From an uncultured Gemmatimonadales bacterium (GTDB lineage Bacteria; Gemmatimonadota; Gemmatimonadetes; Gemmatimonadales; Gemmatimonadaceae), in NCBI GenBank assembly GCA_963701965.1, contig OY969695.1:4992001-5056000 (forward strand): 64,000 bases of DNA, written 5' to 3'. The translations under genes and the position numbers were made by a program. The notes below the pieces were generated by a model. That model saw only the letters and a list, made by a program, of their open reading frames with translations, ran no database searches and was not told the origin of the DNA. Positions 59,015-64,000 of the stretch are shown here, piece after piece (the stretch's first letter is position 1; each line of letters opens with the position of its first letter).

Positions 59015-60407
59015 GTGCTGCGACTCTCGCCGGCCGCGGCGGGCCTAGCCCCGGGCCTCTCGCCCGAAGAGCGCTTCGCGCTCGACATCCTTGTCGACCA
59101 GTCCCGTCTCCTCCGGGTCGAGGATGCCACCGCCGACGTCGTGACCCTCGACGTGGCCGAGTCGGCACACGCCCCGAACCTCGCGGGCTGGGCCGCCGGC
59201 GCCTGGGGCTACACCGTCACCAGCGGCGTCGTGACCATCGCGCACATGGGCGTTGCGCCACGTCGCGACCATCGCCGGAGGCGCCGAGCAGGCCGCGACC
59301 GCACGCGACCGCCACGGCCGGGTGCCGTCGTCCGCCAATCCCTTGGTCGCCGCCGGCCTCGAACGGCGCCCGGTGGTGACCGAGGCGGCCACGGCCCTAC
59401 GGATTGCCGTCACGCACGCCGCCGAGCGGCGCGCCGTCGGCATCATCGCCCCGTGGCCCAACGGCTCCCGATGGGCCGCGGCCGTCACCCACGATGTCGA
59501 CGTCGTCGCCGGCTGGCCCCTCTTCACGGCCCTCCGCGTCGCCGAGCTCCTCACCAAGGGTCAGGGAAAGCGCGCCGCGCGCGCGACCCTAGCCGCCGCC
59601 ACCGCCGCATTCGGCGATCCGGCGTGGGAGGGATCCGCCGATGTGTTGGCCCGCGAAGGCCGCCGGAGCGTCGTGTCGACCTGGTTCTTCCTCTGCGGCA
59701 CCCCGACGCTGGCCACGTGGCGCGCCGGCGATCTCACCTACCGGCCCGAGTCACCGGCCGTCCGGCGTCTCCTCGATGCCGTCCTCGCCGCCGGCGGCGA
59801 GATCGGGTTGCACGGCAGCTTCGCCACCTATGACGACGACACCGGTGATCGATTCGCCGGCCAACGAGAGCGCTTGGCCACACTGGCGGCGCGTCCGGTG
59901 ACCGGCGTGCGCCAGCACTATCTCCGTCTCCGCCCCGAAGCCACGCCGCGCGCGATGCACGCGGGGGGATTCCGCTACGACGCCACCTATGGCTTCGCCG
60001 ACCGCAACGGCTTTCGTCTGGGCAGCGCCAATGTCGTGCCGGCGTTGGGCGCCGCGATCGACGAAGTCCCGCTGGTCTGGATGGACCGCGCCTTGAGCAA
60101 GTACCGCGGCATCGAAGATCCCAACGCGTGGATCGACGACGCCGCATCGCTCGCCGCCGCCGCCCGTGCCGTCGACGGCCTGTGGGTCGGCCTCTGGCAT
60201 TGCAACCTGACACCGGCCCTCGGCTACCCCGGCGCGCCCGACGCCTATGAGCGGCTGCTCGCCCTCATTACGGCCGAACGCCCGTGGATCGCGACCATGG
60301 ATCGCATCGTCAGCTGGCGCCGCGCCCGGCGCGCCGTGCGAGCGACCACCGTCGCCCCAGACGGCCGCTGCGTCCTGACCGACCACACGATCGTCCTCGA
60401 ACGCTAG
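59015..60407 (+). CDS. Polysaccharide deacetylase (CE4-like) family protein (apparent +1 indel near 59250; start uncertain)
   Basis: VTHDVD, STWFF, EIGLHGSF, GVRQHYLR, YDATYGFADRNGFRLG, PLVWMD, GLWH. Confidence 0.82.
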
Positions 60408-61600
60408 GGCTGCGCGAGGCTCTGGTACACCGCCGCGAACTGCTCGACAATGTGCGGCCAACTAAAGCGCTCGACGATCAGCTGCCGCCCCGCTTCACCG
60501 AGCCGCGCCGTGAGCGCGCGGTCGTCGATCAGTCGGGCCAGCGCGCCCGCCAACGACGCCGCGTCGTTCGGCGGGACCAGCAGTCCCGTGACCTCGTGCT
60601 CCACGATGTCCGTAATGCCCCCGAGCGCTGTGGTGACTACCGGCACGTGGTAGCTCATGGCCTCGAGGAGCACCATGCCCAGCCCCTCGGTATCCCCGCG
60701 CTCATCGACCACCGCCGGTAACGCGAACGCCGTCGCCGATGCATAAGCATCGTGCAGCTCCCCGGGCGTGACCCAGCCCCGGAAGGCGATGGCCGGCGCC
60801 CGCGCGCTGGCGCGGGCGCGCGCCTCGAGCGCCGGCCGGTCCGGCCCATCGCCGATGATGACCAGCCGCGCGTTGATCGTCTCCGGCAGGAGCCCCATGG
60901 CATCGATGAGATATCCCACGCCTTTGCGCTCGACGAGGCGCCCGACGAAGAGAATCGTTGCTGCCGCCGGCAAAGCCGGCGTATCCGCGGCCGGCGTCTC
61001 CGCCGGCATCTCCACGGCGTACGGGATGATCTCCACCGGGACACCGGGCGCCAGACGCTCCACCTCGCGCGCCGTGCTCGTCGAGATCGCGATCACGCGG
61101 TCCGCCGTCATGATCGCCCGGCGCAGAAATCCCCGCAGCGCCGGCAACCGCCGGTTGACCCATCGGAGCTCGATCGAGTAGAACTGCATGATGAGCCGAG
61201 TGCGGCGCCGGGCCAGTCGCGCCACCCAGCCGAAGAGCGCGTGGGGCAGGGGCCAGTGCACGTGCACGATGTCGTATCGCTCACGCCGCTGCAGGCGCCA
61301 CATCGCGATCGAACCGAACAGCAGGTAGAACGCCGGCAACATCGTATAGAAGAGGGACCGCCGCATACGGTCCGGCGCCGACTCCTCGTGCGTCAGGTTC
61401 TCCCACCGCGCGAAGAAGTAGCGGAAGCGATGGATCGGGATGCCATCGAGCGTCGCGTTGCCGCCGCCGCGGTAGGCCGACGTGAAGACGTCGATATCGT
61501 ATCCCACCGCGCGGAGCCGGCGTATAGTCTCGGCCAGCCATTTGACGGTCGGGTCGTCGGCGTCCCGGGGAAAGGCCGTCGAAACCACGAGGATGCGCAC
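60404..61600 (-). CDS. Glycosyltransferase family 4
   Basis: RILVVSTAFPR, YDIVHVHW, LFVGRLVERKG, IGDGPDR, EGLGMVLLEAM, GLLVPPND, FSW. Confidence 0.92.
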   Translation of the reverse strand: MRILVVSTAFPRDADDPTVKWLAETIRRLRAVGYDIDVFTSAYRGGGNATLDGIPIHRFRYFFARWENLTHEESAPDRMRRSLFYTMLPAFYLLFGSIAMWRLQRRERYDIVHVHWPLPHALFGWVARLARRRTRLIMQFYSIELRWVNRRLPALRGFLRRAIMTADRVIAISTSTAREVERLAPGVPVEIIPYAVEMPAETPAADTPALPAAATILFVGRLVERKGVGYLIDAMGLLPETINARLVIIGDGPDRPALEARARASARAPAIAFRGWVTPGELHDAYASATAFALPAVVDERGDTEGLGMVLLEAMSYHVPVVTTALGGITDIVEHEVTGLLVPPNDAASLAGALARLIDDRALTARLGEAGRQLIVERFSWPHIVEQFAAVYQSLAQP

Positions 61601-61682
61601 GCGGCAAAGTTGGGGGACCGGCTCACACGCCGCAACGCGATTGGACGATAGCGCGTTACGGGAATTATACTTCCCGACCATC

Positions 61683-62666
61683 ATGGACAGTGCCGTGCGC
61701 CCGGGAGGGCGAGCAGGTCGGTCGCGGATGCTCCTGCCCGTGCTCCAGGCGGTCGCGCTGGCGGCAGCCGTGGTGTTTCTTGCACGGATGACGCGCTCCT
61801 ATTGGGGCACCGTCACCAGCGTCCCCATCACGCTGGCGTGGGGACCGCTGGCGCTGGCCTCCCTTGTGTGGTACGTGAGCTTCGTCCAGCTCGTGCAGTC
61901 CTGGTCGTCGAGCCTCACGTGGTGGGGATGGCACGTGCAATGGTATGAAGGGCTCCGGATGTTCTTCTTCTCCAACCTCGCGCGCTACATCCCCGGCGGT
62001 ATCTGGCAGTTCGCCGGTCTCGCCGCGCTGGCCGCCAATGTCGGCGCGTCGCCCGTTGCGGCGTCGGCTGCGGTGTTGCTGCTCCAGCTCGTGTTGCTGA
62101 TTACCGGGTTCCTGCTCACCCTCGGCGCGACGCCCGATGCCCTCGGGCCCTGGGCCTCGGCTCTCGGCACCCATGCCCGGGCCATCGTCGGCGGTGTCGC
62201 CGCGATCGTGCTCGTCTTCGGTTTCCCGCGCGCACTCCCGTGGGTCCGCACGCGCGCCGAGCGGTTGCTCAAGCGCGCGGTACCACTGCCGATCCCGCCG
62301 CTCGGGCCGTGGATCGTCTACTGCGCCCGCTGCGCGGTCGCGTGGGCAGGGTACGGGATCTCATTCTGGATGTTTTGCCACAGTATCCTCGGGCCCTCCG
62401 TCCCCGGCGTCTGGTTCACCTCCAGCGCCTATGTCGCGAGCTACCTGATCGGACTCTTGGCGGTGTTCGCGCCCGGCGGGATCATCGTGCGGGAAGCCGC
62501 CCTCGTCATCGCGTTGCGCGGCGAGCTCGGGCCGGAGCGCGCCCTCCTCGTCGCCGTCGGATCGCGCCTCTGGTTGATCGCCCTGGAGGTGCTCGGCGCG
62601 TTGGTGCTGATGGGCATCGACCGCGTCGCCGCGAGTCGGCGGCGGACACTCTCACCGCGTACATGA
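61683..62666 (+). CDS. Lysylphosphatidylglycerol-synthase-like/flippase-like membrane protein
   Basis: Multi-TM protein; SNLARYIPGGIW, APGGIIVREA, SRLW motifs. Confidence 0.8.
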   Translation: MDSAVRPGGRAGRSRMLLPVLQAVALAAAVVFLARMTRSYWGTVTSVPITLAWGPLALASLVWYVSFVQLVQSWSSSLTWWGWHVQWYEGLRMFFFSNLARYIPGGIWQFAGLAALAANVGASPVAASAAVLLLQLVLLITGFLLTLGATPDALGPWASALGTHARAIVGGVAAIVLVFGFPRALPWVRTRAERLLKRAVPLPIPPLGPWIVYCARCAVAWAGYGISFWMFCHSILGPSVPGVWFTSSAYVASYLIGLLAVFAPGGIIVREAALVIALRGELGPERALLVAVGSRLWLIALEVLGALVLMGIDRVAASRRRTLSPRT

Positions 62667-64000
62667 CCACTTCCAAGACCGCGAACGCGACCGTACGGGC
62701 GCCCGTCGCCACGCCTCCGTATCCCGCGGCCGTGGCCGCCGCGGTGTACGCGTTGGCGACACTGGCCCTCATGTATCCCGCCCTCACCGGGCGCTTTCTG
62801 GTCAATCCGATGAGCGACATGCTCGTCGGTGCCACCTATCGCACCTTCGGTGGGGAGTGGCTGCGGCAGACCGGACATTTCGCGCAGTGGGACACCTATC
62901 TCCTGGGCGGCATCCCGTTCATGAACGGGCAGCACGGCGACATGTTCTATCCCGTCCTGCTCTTCCGCACGCTCTTTCCGATCAATGTCGCGATCAACCT
63001 GTCGTTCGCGTCGCACATCTTTCTGGCCGGGCTCTTCGCGTATTGCTTCCTGAGGGCCTATGGCCTCTCGTTCTACCCGGCCCTGACCGGCGGCGCCGGC
63101 TACATGTTGTGCGGACAGATCGCGTCCCTGGTATCGCCGGGACACGACGGCAAGCTGTACGTGAGCGCGCTCGCCCCGTTGCTCCTCTGGATGCTCGTGC
63201 GCGGCATGCGCGATGGACGAAACTGGGCGTGGGGCGTCATCGCCATCACCACCGCACTCTGCATCCTGTCGCCGCACGTGCAAATGACGTACTACCTCGG
63301 CGTGCTGGCGATCGGGTTCACGTTCTATCTGGCATTTCAGAAAGGGGAGGGGGCCCTCGAGCCCGCGACCCGCTGGCGCCGGCTGATCGCGGCCGGTCTC
63401 GCGGCCGGGCTGGGGCTGGCGTTGGCCGCGGTCGCACTCTTTCCGCTGTTCGGCTATCTCCCCGTGTCGCCGCGCGGCGGCCAGGGGCGGGGATACGAGT
63501 ACGCCACATCGTGGGCCATGGCGCCGGAGGAGCTCCTCAACGGGTACCTCCCGCAGTTCTCCGGCGTGCTGGAGAAGTATTGGGGGCAGAACCCCTTCAA
63601 GCTGCACAGCGACTATCTCGGCGCCGCGCTCCTCATGCTGAGCGGGGCCGCCGTGGGGACGAAGCGGCGGTCGTTCGCGTGGTTCTGGGTCGCCTCCATC
63701 GTCCTGGCGCTCTTGGTCAGCTTCGGCGGTCACACGCCGTTCTACCATCTCTGGTATCTCCTCCCGATGATGAAGCAGGTGCGCGCTCCCGCGCAGATGT
63801 TCTTCATCGTGTGCCTGGCCGTGTCGGTCCTCGCGGCCTTGGGCGTGGAGCGTCTGCTCGACCAGGCCGTGCCCCGCCGCTACTGGATCTGGTGGGGCGC
63901 GGCGGCCGGGCTCGTGGCCCTCATTGCCACGGCAGGCGGATTCGAGGCCCTGGGGCAAGCCCTGGCCATGCCGGGGCGCAGCGAGGCCGTCGCCGAGAAT
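62663..64000 (+). CDS. YfhO-like (GT-C fold) multi-TM protein, 3' truncated by window edge
   Basis: Open from ATG 62663 to the end: GHFAQWDTYLLGGIPF..HGDMFYP, HIFLAGLFAYCFLR, GHDGK, YWGQNPFKLHSDYLG. Confidence 0.75.
   Translation, partial: MTTSKTANATVRAPVATPPYPAAVAAAVYALATLALMYPALTGRFLVNPMSDMLVGATYRTFGGEWLRQTGHFAQWDTYLLGGIPFMNGQHGDMFYPVLLFRTLFPINVAINLSFASHIFLAGLFAYCFLRAYGLSFYPALTGGAGYMLCGQIASLVSPGHDGKLYVSALAPLLLWMLVRGMRDGRNWAWGVIAITTALCILSPHVQMTYYLGVLAIGFTFYLAFQKGEGALEPATRWRRLIAAGLAAGLGLALAAVALFPLFGYLPVSPRGGQGRGYEYATSWAMAPEELLNGYLPQFSGVLEKYWGQNPFKLHSDYLGAALLMLSGAAVGTKRRSFAWFWVASIVLALLVSFGGHTPFYHLWYLLPMMKQVRAPAQMFFIVCLAVSVLAALGVERLLDQAVPRRYWIWWGAAAGLVALIATAGGFEALGQALAMPGRSEAVAEN

Overview
High-GC bacterial chromosome segment, mostly core genes on the + strand. 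Gene content and order suggest a Gemmatimonadota-like diderm (inference). Order: carA (partial), HU/IHF, moaD-moaE-moaA, mdh-sdhCAB, a small membrane ORF and an EamA transporter; two tandem paralogous secreted proteins (carboxypeptidase-regulatory-like plus TonB-C-like domains) downstream of dcd on the - strand; a complete nuoA-N operon behind a sigma70 promoter with a near-perfect Rex box; PMM/PGM, UPF0182, sucCD, an EIIA-like/CBS protein, ndk; yceD-rpmF-plsX-fabHDG-acpP-fabF; futalosine genes mqnE-mqnA-mqnC; ispF, xerD, trpG/pabA; kdsB-pyrG-kdsA-kdsC-kdsD-lptC-lptA-lptB-rpoN behind a sigma54-type -24/-12 site; and a surface-glycan region (GT2, hexapeptide acyltransferase, deacetylase, GT4, flippase-like protein, YfhO-like protein). 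About a dozen single-base indels, nearly all +1, break nuoD, nuoF, nuoL, rpoN and others and look like sequencing errors. Most notable: (1) a ~1 kb islet with a ParE/RelE-like toxin, an unassigned acidic putative antitoxin and a convergent minimal GIY-YIG nuclease; (2) a diverged copy of the dcd 3' end reused as the N-terminus of a duplicated gene; (3) a sigma54 site ahead of the operon that contains rpoN; (4) an LptB with an extra ~145-aa N-terminal domain. No tRNA, rRNA or CRISPR array was seen.
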